DNA of 64,000 nt from an uncultured Verrucomicrobiae bacterium (lineage in GTDB: Bacteria; Verrucomicrobiota; Verrucomicrobiia; Palsa-1439), in assembly GCA_963812605.1 (NCBI GenBank), contig CAWEWF010000014.1, positions 352,001 to 416,000 on the forward strand, written 5' to 3'. Below the pieces are notes generated by a model, which had not been told where the DNA came from, ran no database searches, and saw only the letters and a program-made list of their open reading frames with translations. This document shows, in pieces, positions 30,149-39,769 of this stretch; position 1 is the first letter of the stretch; each line of letters opens with the position of its first letter. Position numbers and translations under genes: made by a program.

Positions 30149-30826
30149 GCCCCGTCAAAGTCATCATCTGCGGCGCCAAAGGCCGCATGGGACGTTCGCT
30201 CATCACTTGCGCGGCGGAAGATCCAGAACTGCAAGTCGTTGCCGAGATTGATCAAGGCGACGATCTCGCGAGGGTCATCGCGCGGCGCAGATGCGATTAT
30301 CGACTTTTCCGTGCGTGAGGCAACCGCTGCGGTCGCCAAACTGGCCGCGGACCATAAGAAGGCGCTCGTGATCGGCACCACGGGTCATGGCGATGATGAG
30401 AAGAAGATGTTGCTTGGTGTGTTGAAAGCGATTCCCGTCGTCTGGTCGGCCAACTTCAGCACAGGCGTGAACACATTGTTTTGGATGACGCAAAAAGTGG
30501 CGGAAATCGTTGGCAACGAATGGGAGGTCGAAGTTGTCGAAACCCATCACACCGCCAAGAAAGACGCCCCGAGCGGCACGGCGAAGCGTTTGCAGGAAAT
30601 CCTGAAACAGGTCCGCGGCAGGGATGTGCCCGCTCATGCGTTGCGCATCGGGGATGCCATCGGCGATCACACGGTCATGTTCGGTACGCCAGGCGAACGC
30701 CTTGAATTGACGCATCGTGCCAGCAGTCGTGAGACGTTTGCGCGCGGGGCGCTCCGCGCCGCGAAATGGGCCGTCAAACAAAAACCCGGCCTCTACGACA
30801 TGCAGGACGTGTTGGGGCTTCGCTAA
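30145..30826 (+). CDS. dapB: 4-hydroxy-tetrahydrodipicolinate reductase; frameshift near 30283
   Basis: GAKGRMG, IIDFS, IGTTG, ANFSTGVN, ETHH..KKDAPSGTA, FARGA. Confidence 0.95.
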
Positions 30827-30828
30827 CC

Positions 30829-31293
30829 GTGAAACGAGAACTGATCCTTGGTTGCCTGGTGATCGGTGTTTTCTCGTCGTGCTCGCAGCTGGGGAGAAGC
30901 GAAATGCCCTCGTCCAGCCCGCGCGCCTCGGAAATACGGACGGCCCTGAATCGGTCCGTCATTCCAGAAGTCGACCTGGAAAATGTGAAGGCCGAGGATG
31001 CCCTGAAATATTGGGACGAAACCAGTACCTCGTATGATCCCCGGCATTTCAAGTTCATGCACGTCATCTCGTACCCGATGACGTACTCAGTGCAACCGAC
31101 AGCAACGGGCGCGACCCGCAGCGTGCCAGCGGTTGTTCCCACGCCAGCGCTGCACAAAGTAACCGTGCACCGCAAGAACATCACCGCGAAGCGATTGTTG
31201 GACGAGATTTGCCAGCAAGCCAATCTGGTGTGGACCATCATGGGACGGGAGATTGTCGTTAAGCCCAAGCCGCCTGCCGGCGCGCAACCATGA
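30829..31293 (+). CDS. Hypothetical lipoprotein (secretin/TonB N-domain-like)
   Basis: VFSSC lipobox; IPEVDL.NV...DAL, LLDEICQQANL.W. Confidence 0.6.
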   Translation: MKRELILGCLVIGVFSSCSQLGRSEMPSSSPRASEIRTALNRSVIPEVDLENVKAEDALKYWDETSTSYDPRHFKFMHVISYPMTYSVQPTATGATRSVPAVVPTPALHKVTVHRKNITAKRLLDEICQQANLVWTIMGREIVVKPKPPAGAQP

Positions 31294-31790
31294 AGGTCGG
31301 ACTGGCTTTCGGCTCGAACCTTGGCGACCGGCTGAAGTATTTGCAGCAGGCCAAAGCGTATGCATTGAGCCTGTCGCCGGATGGATGGCATGTCGCCTCA
31401 CCGTTGTACGAAACGGAACCGCTCAATTGCCCGCCAAATTCACCAAAGTTTCTCAATGCCGTGATGGAAATCGAATTTGCAGGCACGCCGAAGGCATTGT
31501 TGGAAAAGATCCAGGCGTACGAAGTCGCGCACGGACGCGACCGCGACCTGCCGAAAAACGCCGCGCGCACGATCGATATCGATATTCTCTACTTCGGCGA
31601 GGAGGAAATCCGTGAGCAGGAATTGATGGTGCCGCATCCGCGGATGGCGGAGCGGCGGTTCGTGCTTCTGCCGCTTTCGAAGATCCGTCCCCACCTGATT
31701 GTGAAGGGCACCGGCAAGACGGTGCGGACGCTCTTACGGGAGTTGCCGGGAGGGAAGGGAGAGGTTAAATTCGTGCAACAGGATTGGTGA
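31290..31790 (+). CDS. folK: HPPK pyrophosphokinase
   Basis: GSNLGDR, YETEP, FLNAV, RTIDIDIL, PHPRM.ERRFVL.PL. Confidence 0.96.
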   Translation: MKVGLAFGSNLGDRLKYLQQAKAYALSLSPDGWHVASPLYETEPLNCPPNSPKFLNAVMEIEFAGTPKALLEKIQAYEVAHGRDRDLPKNAARTIDIDILYFGEEEIREQELMVPHPRMAERRFVLLPLSKIRPHLIVKGTGKTVRTLLRELPGGKGEVKFVQQDW

Positions 31791-31797
31791 ACGCATC

Positions 31798-32598
31798 ATG
31801 AACGAGCGTAAAATCAACATCCACAGTTTGCGTGCAATGAAGCAACGCGGCGAAAAGATTGCGGCGCTGACCGCTTATGATTTCTTCACGGCGAAAATCA
31901 TGGACGAAGTGGGAGTCCATCTTATCCTGGTTGGCGATTCAGTCGGCATGGCGGTGCTGGGCTATGAGAATACGTTGCCGGTCACGATGGAAGACATGAT
32001 TCATCACACGAAAGCGGTGGCGCGGGCCAGGCCAAATGCCCTGGTCGTCGCGGACATGCCGTTTCTGAGTTACGCGAATGTCGACGCGGCGCTGGAGAAT
32101 GCTGGGCGCCTGATTCAAGCCGGCGCCGAAGCGGTAAAGATGGAAGGCGGCGAGTCGGTTGCCGAACAAGCCCGAGCGCTCGTGGCTTCGGGCATTCCCG
32201 TGCTCGGTCACATCGGTTTGCTGCCGCAATCCATTCTCGAAACGGGCGGCTACAAAATACAGGGGCGCACGCCCCAATCGGCGGAAAGGCTTTTGCGTGA
32301 TGCCCAGGCGCTGGAAAAAGCGGGCGCGTTCGCGATGGTTGTCGAGGGGACAGTCGCCAACCTGGTGGAACAGGTGACGAAGTCGGTGAGCGTGCCAACG
32401 ATTGGGATTGGTGCGGGGGCGCATTGCGACGGGCAAATCCTGGTGAGTAACGACATGCTCGGGCTCTTCACCTGGTTCACGCCGAAACACGTGAAGCGTT
32501 ACGCGAACCTGGCCGAGGAGATGCGCAAGGCGTTTGCGGCGTACAAACACAACGTCGAATCCGGCCAGTTCCCCGAAGCCGGGCAGAGTTTCCAATAA
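31798..32598 (+). CDS. panB: Ketopantoate hydroxymethyltransferase
   Basis: LTAYD, LVGDS, DMPF, VKMEGG, GHIGL.PQ, IGIGAG..CDGQILV. Confidence 0.97.
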   Translation: MNERKINIHSLRAMKQRGEKIAALTAYDFFTAKIMDEVGVHLILVGDSVGMAVLGYENTLPVTMEDMIHHTKAVARARPNALVVADMPFLSYANVDAALENAGRLIQAGAEAVKMEGGESVAEQARALVASGIPVLGHIGLLPQSILETGGYKIQGRTPQSAERLLRDAQALEKAGAFAMVVEGTVANLVEQVTKSVSVPTIGIGAGAHCDGQILVSNDMLGLFTWFTPKHVKRYANLAEEMRKAFAAYKHNVESGQFPEAGQSFQ

Positions 32599-32675
32599 AC
32601 GCATCTAAAACTCCTCCACGTACGAGCTGACCATCTCGGTTGGTGAATCGGATTAGACGGACGCATTCATCGCCG

Positions 32676-33923
32676 TTAAAACTCAAACTCCAGTCCCGTG
32701 AACCGCTTCTCGATTTCCCCGACCACGCGCCGTTCATCGGTGATTCCCTTCGCGACGAAAGTCACGGAGAAACGCAAGTAGGGCCCGGCATCGTCCCAGG
32801 GCACCGTCGAAATCAGTTTCTGCGTGATCAACCATTGCGACACATCTTCCGCGGACTGGAATACCGTGCGGTTGCCATCGCCATCGGCGACCGCTTTCGG
32901 CGCGCGCACGTAAAGAAAGAACGAGCCGTGCGGTTTCGTGGCGTCAAAACCAGATTTACGGAGGCACGCGACCAGCAAATCCATGCGGCGGGAATACTTG
33001 GCAGCGATCTTGGCGGTAATATCGGGATGCGCCAGCGTCGCCGCGCAAGCCTTCTGGATCGCCAAAAACTGCCCGCTGTCGCTGTTGTCTTTCACATTGC
33101 CGTAGGCCGAAACGAGCAGGGGATTGCCGCAGACAAACCCGAGCCGCCATCCCGTCATGTTAAAGGCTTTGCTCATCGAGTGCAGTTCGATGGCGACTTC
33201 CCTTGCGCCGGGCACGGAGAGAATCGACAGCGGCTTGCCTTCAAAAACGAGCGCGCCGTACGCCGCGTCGGAAATAATGACAAGCTTGTTCTTGTGCGCG
33301 AAATCAACGACTCGCGCGAAGAATTCCGTCGTCGCGCTCGCGCCGGTCGGATTGTTCGGGTAATTCAGGACGATGGCCTTGGCGCGCTTGAGCACGTCGC
33401 GCGGGATCGAGTCCAGATCGGGAAGAAAATCGTTCTCCGCCGTCAGCTTCAGGTTGTGGACCTCACCGCCGTACCATTGCGCGTGCGTGCCGAATACCGG
33501 ATAACCCGGCACCGTCATGATTGCCACGTCGCCGGGATTGATCAACGTCGCCGGCAAGACCGACAACGCGGCTTTGCTGCCGATGCTGTGCGTGATCTCC
33601 GACTCGGGATCGAGTCCCGCCACCCCGAACACGCGCTCCATCCATTGCGCCGCGGCGCGCCGGAACTCGGGCCCGCCATTGTCGGCGTAGCCGCGGTTTT
33701 CGGGTTTCTGCGCTTCCTCGCACAGCGCGCGCACGCTGAGCGGGAACGCCATTTCGTCCGGCTCGCCCACGCCGAGGTCGATCAACTCGCCATGCGGATG
33801 CGCCTCCAGCGCCGCGCGTTTCGCCCGCTTGATCTTCTCAAATTTATAGATGGCCGTGCCCTTGCCGAACGTCTTCCCCCCGATGCGTTCCGCCAGGAGC
33901 TGCTGAATGTACGATTCCGTCAT
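32676..33923 (-). CDS. dapL: LL-diaminopimelate aminotransferase (class I PLP)
   Basis: YKFEKIKR, GVGEPD, NYPNNPTG, DAAY, SMSK.FNMTGWR, DSGQF; next to dapAB. Confidence 0.8.
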   Translation of the reverse strand: MTESYIQQLLAERIGGKTFGKGTAIYKFEKIKRAKRAALEAHPHGELIDLGVGEPDEMAFPLSVRALCEEAQKPENRGYADNGGPEFRRAAAQWMERVFGVAGLDPESEITHSIGSKAALSVLPATLINPGDVAIMTVPGYPVFGTHAQWYGGEVHNLKLTAENDFLPDLDSIPRDVLKRAKAIVLNYPNNPTGASATTEFFARVVDFAHKNKLVIISDAAYGALVFEGKPLSILSVPGAREVAIELHSMSKAFNMTGWRLGFVCGNPLLVSAYGNVKDNSDSGQFLAIQKACAATLAHPDITAKIAAKYSRRMDLLVACLRKSGFDATKPHGSFFLYVRAPKAVADGDGNRTVFQSAEDVSQWLITQKLISTVPWDDAGPYLRFSVTFVAKGITDERRVVGEIEKRFTGLEFEF

Positions 33924-34123
33924 AAAGCACGATTACCTACGATGTTTAGTCAGCACAATGGAGCATTATACCCGAAAATTGTCCTGTCGTCCTCTCTAAT
34001 GCCGGCATGCGTTTTCTAAGGGTTTTTCCGCCGGTTGGATTCTCGTCGATGCCGCCGGTTTCTGTCCGGTTGTCTGGTTTCCGGCCACGGGGATGCAACA
34101 GTGGCGCGGGACGCAGGCGGCGG

Positions 34124-34450
34124 TCACGGTCTAAGGATTGCCGCTATCGCCCACGAGACTATCCAAAACACCAGCGCCCAAAGAGCGCCGCAAATGGAAA
34201 ACTTCGCCACGATGTCGAAGGCGTTGCCCCACGAGATGCGGACATCATGCACAATCACCGTTGCGTTGCCGCCAGCCTTGGACTTCCAATCCTCGCGTAC
34301 TAACGGCCTTGCGTAACCTTCAATGGGTGCGGGCGGAATCAGGACTTGCCCGTGGCAGCGGGGGCAGTCAATCACGGCACCGGATTGCGCCGCGTCAATG
34401 CTCATTTGCTGACCGCATTTCTCGCAGGAAAAGTCGATCTTGTCCGCCAC
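34124..34450 (-). CDS. Zn-ribbon + TM hypothetical protein
   Basis: SD GGAGG, GTG start; FSCEKCGQ...CPRC; C-terminal TM. Confidence 0.7.
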   Translation of the reverse strand: MADKIDFSCEKCGQQMSIDAAQSGAVIDCPRCHGQVLIPPAPIEGYARPLVREDWKSKAGGNATVIVHDVRISWGNAFDIVAKFSICGALWALVFWIVSWAIAAILRP

Positions 34451-34802
34451 CGGAAACCTCCCCGGAACGGGCGGCGGATGCCAGCCTAAAAAGCAACGGG
34501 CGGGACGCAGTGACCTCCGTTTAGGTCTGCGCCCGGTCGCCGTGCCGATGCCAGCAACCAAGCAACGGCAAAAGTGAAGCCCGACGGGGGCGTGACATTC
34601 CGCACGCGAGCCGCAAGGTTGCCAGAACCAAACAAACCTTGTGCTCATTCAGTCCTCGAACGGATCGGTAATGCCCCGATCGCAACGCTGGTTGTCACTT
34701 TAGGCGCAGGCACTGCGGTTCATTAATCAAGCGTCGAACCTTAACCGTTTCTGATTTTATCCGTGACGCAGTCACCGACGGGCGCTATTTTGCCCGCAAC
34801 CC

Positions 34803-35678
34803 ATGGAGATCATCCGAACCGTACGGGAAATGCAGGCGGCATCGACTGCCATGAAGCGGGCGGGGCGGCGCGTGGCGTTTGTGCCGACGATGGGGGCGTT
34901 GCACGAAGGGCACGTTGCGCTGATGCGGCGGGCGCGGGAGCAGGGGGCGGCGGTCGTGGTCAGCGTGTACGTGAACCCGACGCAGTTTGGGCCGCGCGAG
35001 GATTTCGTGCATTACCCGCGCGATCTGGAGGCCGATGCACGATTGTGCGAGCGCGAAGAGGTGGAGGTCGTCTTCGCGCCTTCCGACGATGAGATGTATC
35101 CTGGCGTCACTGCGGTCGATGAAGATGCCAATGACGGATTATTGTATTTTACCTATGTCGAAGAAAGCCTTCTCTCGCGACGATTGGAAGGGGAGCGGCG
35201 TCCGGGTCATTTTCGCGGCGTATGCACCGTGGTGGCGAAGCTTTTCAATATCGTTCAGCCCGACCGTGCGCTCTTTGGCGAGAAGGATTACCAGCAACTG
35301 AAGATTGTTCAACGAATGGTACGCGACCTTCGGTTTGCGATTGAAGTGGTCGGCGTCCCGACGGTTCGTGAAACCGATGGCCTCGCCCTGAGCAGTCGCA
35401 ATCAACGGCTTTCGGGAGGCGAGCGCGCCGAAGCCACCGTGCTCTGGAAAGCGCTCAACATCGCGCGAGATCTTTTCCAGGATGGTGAACGCAACGTGCA
35501 CCGACTCGCAGCCGCCATGTCGCGCACCGTGCAGTTGGCGCCCTCCGCGCGCCTTGACTACGCGCAGATCGTCGACGCCGAATCACTCGAACCCGTCAAC
35601 GATGTCCAACACGCCAACATCGCCCTCATCGCCGCATATGTCGGCAAGACCCGGCTCATCGATAATTTGGTTCTGTAG
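34803..35678 (+). CDS. panC: Pantothenate synthetase
   Basis: VPTMGALHEGH, VNPTQF, RPGHF.GV, FGEKDYQQ, LALSSRN, RLIDN. Confidence 0.97.
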   Translation: MEIIRTVREMQAASTAMKRAGRRVAFVPTMGALHEGHVALMRRAREQGAAVVVSVYVNPTQFGPREDFVHYPRDLEADARLCEREEVEVVFAPSDDEMYPGVTAVDEDANDGLLYFTYVEESLLSRRLEGERRPGHFRGVCTVVAKLFNIVQPDRALFGEKDYQQLKIVQRMVRDLRFAIEVVGVPTVRETDGLALSSRNQRLSGGERAEATVLWKALNIARDLFQDGERNVHRLAAAMSRTVQLAPSARLDYAQIVDAESLEPVNDVQHANIALIAAYVGKTRLIDNLVL

Positions 35679-35691
35679 ACTTGCCGTCGAT

Positions 35692-36041
35692 CCCCTCACC
35701 TTCATCCTCTCCCCCGGAGGGGAGAGGAAAACGCTGCGACGACGGCAAGCGGGACGCTCGCCCTACCCGGAAGGGAGAGGAAAAGGCTAACCCGCTTTCA
35801 TAGTCCCCTCGTCCTTGGAGAAAAGGCCATGGTGAGGGGCCGCGGTCAGCGCCGGCGGCTACAGTGTCCTCCTCTCCCCTTGGGGGAGAGGGTTGGGTGA
35901 GGGGTGTCGTCGTTCCTCAGCGCAATCGTAAAGCCACAACTATTAGCTAACACTAAGAATCATCCCACAAATGGTGGGACAGGCCTCCGTGCCTGTCAAA
36001 ATCCGTCCACACAGGCCCCGAAAGCTTTCGGGGTGCCACTA
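35692..36041. repeat. Mixed REP cluster between convergent genes
   Basis: CCCCTCACC..CCTCTCCC..GGGGAGAGG units in both orientations; GGCAAGCGGGACGCTCGCCCTAC; CCGCGGTCAGCGCCGGCGGCTACA; GTGGGACAGGCCTCCGTGCCTGTC; CCCCGAAAGCTTTCGGGG (36016-36033). Confidence 0.8.
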
Positions 36042-36046
36042 AAGGT

Positions 36047-37036
36047 TTAGAAGACCACTTCTACGGGTACCAGCACAATTTTGCCGTAGGCGCCGGGCTG
36101 CATGAGTAATTCATGGGCGCGGGGCGCGTCTTTGAGCGGAAGCTCCTGGTTGATGACCGGCTTCAAGGAGCCGTTGGCCAGACCGGCCACCAAGGCGGCG
36201 TGGATGCTGGCGAGCTCGGTTTCGGAAGCGTTGGGTATCATCATGCCGAGGATCACCGCGTCCCGTTGCATGGTGGCGCGCGGATTGAACTCAAGCGCGC
36301 CGCGGTTGCCGATGATGACGATGCGACCATGGGGCGCGAGGACGGTGAGGTCCTTGACGAGATTGACGTTCGCCATCATTTCTAAAATCACTTCCGGACC
36401 GCGACCATCGGTGAGGGCTGTCAGCTGCGCCAGATAATCCGGAGCATGATGGTCAAGGACCTGGGAAGCGCCCTGTTGTTTCACCACATCTTGCCCGCGT
36501 CCACTGCTTGCCGTGCCAATGACACGCAACCCGCGCGCGACAGCCAATTGTACCGCCGCGATACCGACGCCGCCACTGGCGCCGTGAATAAAGACGGTCT
36601 CGCCGGGAATAGCCCGAGCTTTTTGGAAAAGCGCGCGATAGGCCGTGCTGTAAGGCGTCCCAATGGCCGCGCCCTGGGTGAAGGTGGCGTTTTCGGACAA
36701 GGAATGGACCTGCGATGTGTTACAGACCGCGAGCTGGGCGTACGCGCCTTCACGAATGCCGCTGGCGGTCCCAAAGACGTACACCCGGTCGCCGGCCTTC
36801 CATTCTTTTACGCCATCCCCGACCGCTTCCACGACGCCCGCGCCATCCGAGCCGGGTGTGAAAGGTAGTGTGGGATTGATCGCGTAAGTGCCGGCGCGAA
36901 CGTAGGCATCGAGAGGATTCACGCCGACGGCGTGCAGACGAACCAAGACGTGCCCGGGACCCGGCTTCGGGTCGGGCACTTCCTCCAGCTTCATGACCTC
37001 GGGCCCGCCAACCTGGTGAACGCGGATCGCCTGCAT
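36047..37036 (-). CDS. NADPH:quinone oxidoreductase (zeta-crystallin/MDR)
   Basis: GGPEV, GVNPLD, PGSDGAG, HGASGGVG, GKIVL. Confidence 0.92.
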   Translation of the reverse strand: MQAIRVHQVGGPEVMKLEEVPDPKPGPGHVLVRLHAVGVNPLDAYVRAGTYAINPTLPFTPGSDGAGVVEAVGDGVKEWKAGDRVYVFGTASGIREGAYAQLAVCNTSQVHSLSENATFTQGAAIGTPYSTAYRALFQKARAIPGETVFIHGASGGVGIAAVQLAVARGLRVIGTASSGRGQDVVKQQGASQVLDHHAPDYLAQLTALTDGRGPEVILEMMANVNLVKDLTVLAPHGRIVIIGNRGALEFNPRATMQRDAVILGMMIPNASETELASIHAALVAGLANGSLKPVINQELPLKDAPRAHELLMQPGAYGKIVLVPVEVVF

Positions 37037-37041
37037 CGTCT

Positions 37042-38070
37042 TCAGTCTTTCCGTTTGGAGTCTTGCGGGACGATTTCCACGTCGAGCTTTTGCGCACGAC
37101 GCAGAACCGTCAAGCGACTCTTCGCGCCGATTTTCTCCATCGCCAACAGCCGATGCAGGTCATCAATGGTCGCGATGGGTTTGTCTTCCAACGCAACGAT
37201 CACGTCGCCTTCTTCCAGTTTGGCTGCCGCAGCGGGACTGTCCTTTTCAACAGAGATGACCAGGACGCCGGTCGGCTTCGCCAATTGGTGAAAGCGCACG
37301 AGCCGGCGATGCAGGTCGATGTTCTGGCCCGCAACGCCGAGATAGGCGCGATGAATCTCCCCATCGCGCATGAGGAAGCCGAGAACATACTTTGCGGTAT
37401 CCACGGAAACGGCAAAGCAGAGACCCTGCGCGGGCAGGATCACGGCGGTATTCACGCCAATGACCTCGCCGCGCGAATTCACCAACGGTCCGCCGGAATT
37501 GCCCGGATTGAGCGCCGCGTCCGTTTGGATCATGTTGTCGATGAGCCGTCCCGATTGCGAGCGAAAGGATCGTCCCAATGCACTGACGATTCCCGCCGTG
37601 ACCGTGCACTGGAAACCGTAAGGATTGCCGATGGCGATGGCGACCTGTCCGACGCGCAAGGAAGCGGAACTGCCGAGCGTCACCGGCGCGAGATCGGGCG
37701 CATCGATGCGGACCACTGCGAGGTCGGTGTCGGGATCATCACCGATCAAAGTGCCATCGACGGTGCGACCATCCGTCAGGGCGACTTCCAAGCGCGCCGC
37801 GTCATGCACGACGTGGCTGTTTGTGAGAGTGAAGCCGTCCGGGGTGAAGATAAAGCCAGAGCCACTGCCGGCTCGCGCCAGTCGTCCATTACGGCCACGC
37901 TGCTGCACGTCGATTTTCACGACCGCAGGGCTTACCTCCTCCGCCGTCGCCGCCACGGCATGGGAATAGGCATCCAGAAATTCAGCATCTGAACCTCCGA
38001 GCGGCGATGCCGCTTGTAACTCGGGGTCAGCCTGGGCCTGGTCGAACATAAACTCAAAGCGAGGTTTCAT
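37042..38070 (-). CDS. HtrA-like (S1C) protease with PDZ domain
   Basis: GSGSGF, TNSHVV, TDLAV, QTDAALNPGNSGGPL, PDZ. Confidence 0.93.
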   Translation of the reverse strand: MKPRFEFMFDQAQADPELQAASPLGGSDAEFLDAYSHAVAATAEEVSPAVVKIDVQQRGRNGRLARAGSGSGFIFTPDGFTLTNSHVVHDAARLEVALTDGRTVDGTLIGDDPDTDLAVVRIDAPDLAPVTLGSSASLRVGQVAIAIGNPYGFQCTVTAGIVSALGRSFRSQSGRLIDNMIQTDAALNPGNSGGPLVNSRGEVIGVNTAVILPAQGLCFAVSVDTAKYVLGFLMRDGEIHRAYLGVAGQNIDLHRRLVRFHQLAKPTGVLVISVEKDSPAAAAKLEEGDVIVALEDKPIATIDDLHRLLAMEKIGAKSRLTVLRRAQKLDVEIVPQDSKRKD

Positions 38071-38140
38071 TTTGGTTCCTACCGCATATTGGTGTAGTAA
38101 TGATGCCCAAAGTAGGCGATAGATTCGGTTTGGGCAAGTC

Positions 38141-39748
38141 ATGGCGGGCGATTCACAACGCAAATACGATTTTCTGGTCATCGGCAGCGGCATTGCGGGG
38201 CTGACGTACGCCTTGAAAGTGGCGGCGCTCGGTACGGTCGCGATTATCACCAAAAAGCAGCGCGCGGACAGCAATACGAACTATGCCCAAGGGGGCATCG
38301 CCGCCGTGATGGCTAAGGACGACTCGCTGGAGTTGCACGTGCGCGATACCCTCGAAGCGGGGGCCGGCCTGTGCAAGGAAGACGTGGTCCGCACCATCGT
38401 CAGCGAAGGGCCGGCGCTGGTCCGCGAGTTGATCGATTTCGGCGTGAAATTCACCGAGAAAGAGAACCAACGCGGCCAGTATGATCTGGGACGCGAAGGC
38501 GGGCACACGCGGCGGCGTATCCTGCACGCCGGCGACATTACCGGGCGTGAGATCGAGCGGGCATTGCTCGCACAAGTAGCCCGGCACCAGAACATCACCG
38601 TCCTTGAGGAATCGCTGGCGGTCGACCTCATCACGACCCAGAAGTTGGGGGTGAGCGGTCTGAACCAGTGCCTTGGTTGCTACGCCCTGGACAAAAAACG
38701 GGGCGTGGTCGAGGTGTTCACCGCCAAGATCACGCTGCTGGCGACCGGCGGTTCGGGCAAGGTGTACCTCTACACGACCAATCCCGACATCGCGAGTGGC
38801 GACGGCGTGGCCATGGCGTACCGTGCTGGGGTAAGCGTTTCGGACATGGAGTTCATCCAGTTCCATCCCACCTGTCTTTACGATCCCAAGGCGAAATCGT
38901 TTCTCATCAGCGAAGCGGTGCGCGGGGAAGGGGCTGTCTTGCGGGGCAATGATGGCGAAGCATTCATGAAACGCTATCACGCAATGGCCGATCTCGCGCC
39001 ACGCGACATCGTCGCCCGCGCCATCGACGCCGAGATGAAAAAATCGGGCGCGGACTGCGTTTTCCTCGACATCACGCAAAAAGATCCGGAGTTCGTGAAG
39101 AAACGGTTCCCAAACATTTACGCCAAATGCCTCGAGTACGGCTATGACATGACGAAGCGGCCGCTCCCAGTTGTGCCCGCCACGCATTACCAATGCGGCG
39201 GCGTGGTGACGAACGTCGATGGCGAAACCGAATTGGTGGGACTGCTCGCGGCAGGGGAAGTAGGCTGCACCGGTCTGCACGGCGCCAATCGTTTGGCGAG
39301 CAATTCGCTCCTGGAAGCGCTGGTCGTGGGCCACCGTGCGGCGGAAGTCGCCCTGCGCCAGCACGCGGTTCTGGAGACCCCGCGCACCGCGCCGCTTCCG
39401 TGGGAAAGCGGCGACGCGGCGGACGCCGATGAGCTGGTGGTTGTCACGCACAACTGGGGGGAGATTCGGCGTCTCATGTGGGATTACGTCGGCATCGTGC
39501 GCACGGACAAGCGGCTGTTGCGAGCGCGTTCCCGCATCCAGAACTTGCAGCGCGAGATCAATCAATTCTATTGGGACTACAAGGTGACACCCGACCTGAT
39601 CGAGTTGCGCAACCTGGCGCTGGTCGCCGAATTGATCATCGAGAGCGCGCTACAGCGCAAAGAATCCCGCGGTCTCCACTACACCCTCGATTACCCGGAG
39701 TGCGACAACGTGAACTGGAAACGCGATTCGGTCCTGCGCAAGGCTTGA
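38141..39748 (+). CDS. nadB: L-aspartate oxidase
   Basis: [56 protein letters not shown]. Confidence 0.96.
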   Translation: MAGDSQRKYDFLVIGSGIAGLTYALKVAALGTVAIITKKQRADSNTNYAQGGIAAVMAKDDSLELHVRDTLEAGAGLCKEDVVRTIVSEGPALVRELIDFGVKFTEKENQRGQYDLGREGGHTRRRILHAGDITGREIERALLAQVARHQNITVLEESLAVDLITTQKLGVSGLNQCLGCYALDKKRGVVEVFTAKITLLATGGSGKVYLYTTNPDIASGDGVAMAYRAGVSVSDMEFIQFHPTCLYDPKAKSFLISEAVRGEGAVLRGNDGEAFMKRYHAMADLAPRDIVARAIDAEMKKSGADCVFLDITQKDPEFVKKRFPNIYAKCLEYGYDMTKRPLPVVPATHYQCGGVVTNVDGETELVGLLAAGEVGCTGLHGANRLASNSLLEALVVGHRAAEVALRQHAVLETPRTAPLPWESGDAADADELVVVTHNWGEIRRLMWDYVGIVRTDKRLLRARSRIQNLQREINQFYWDYKVTPDLIELRNLALVAELIIESALQRKESRGLHYTLDYPECDNVNWKRDSVLRKA

Positions 39749-39769
39749 ATCCGTGTTCTTTTTTGTTGG

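Noticed and set aside
29260-30826. Programmed frameshifting in dapA/dapB
   Set aside because: No slippery heptamers seen, and neighbouring unrelated genes are broken in the same way.
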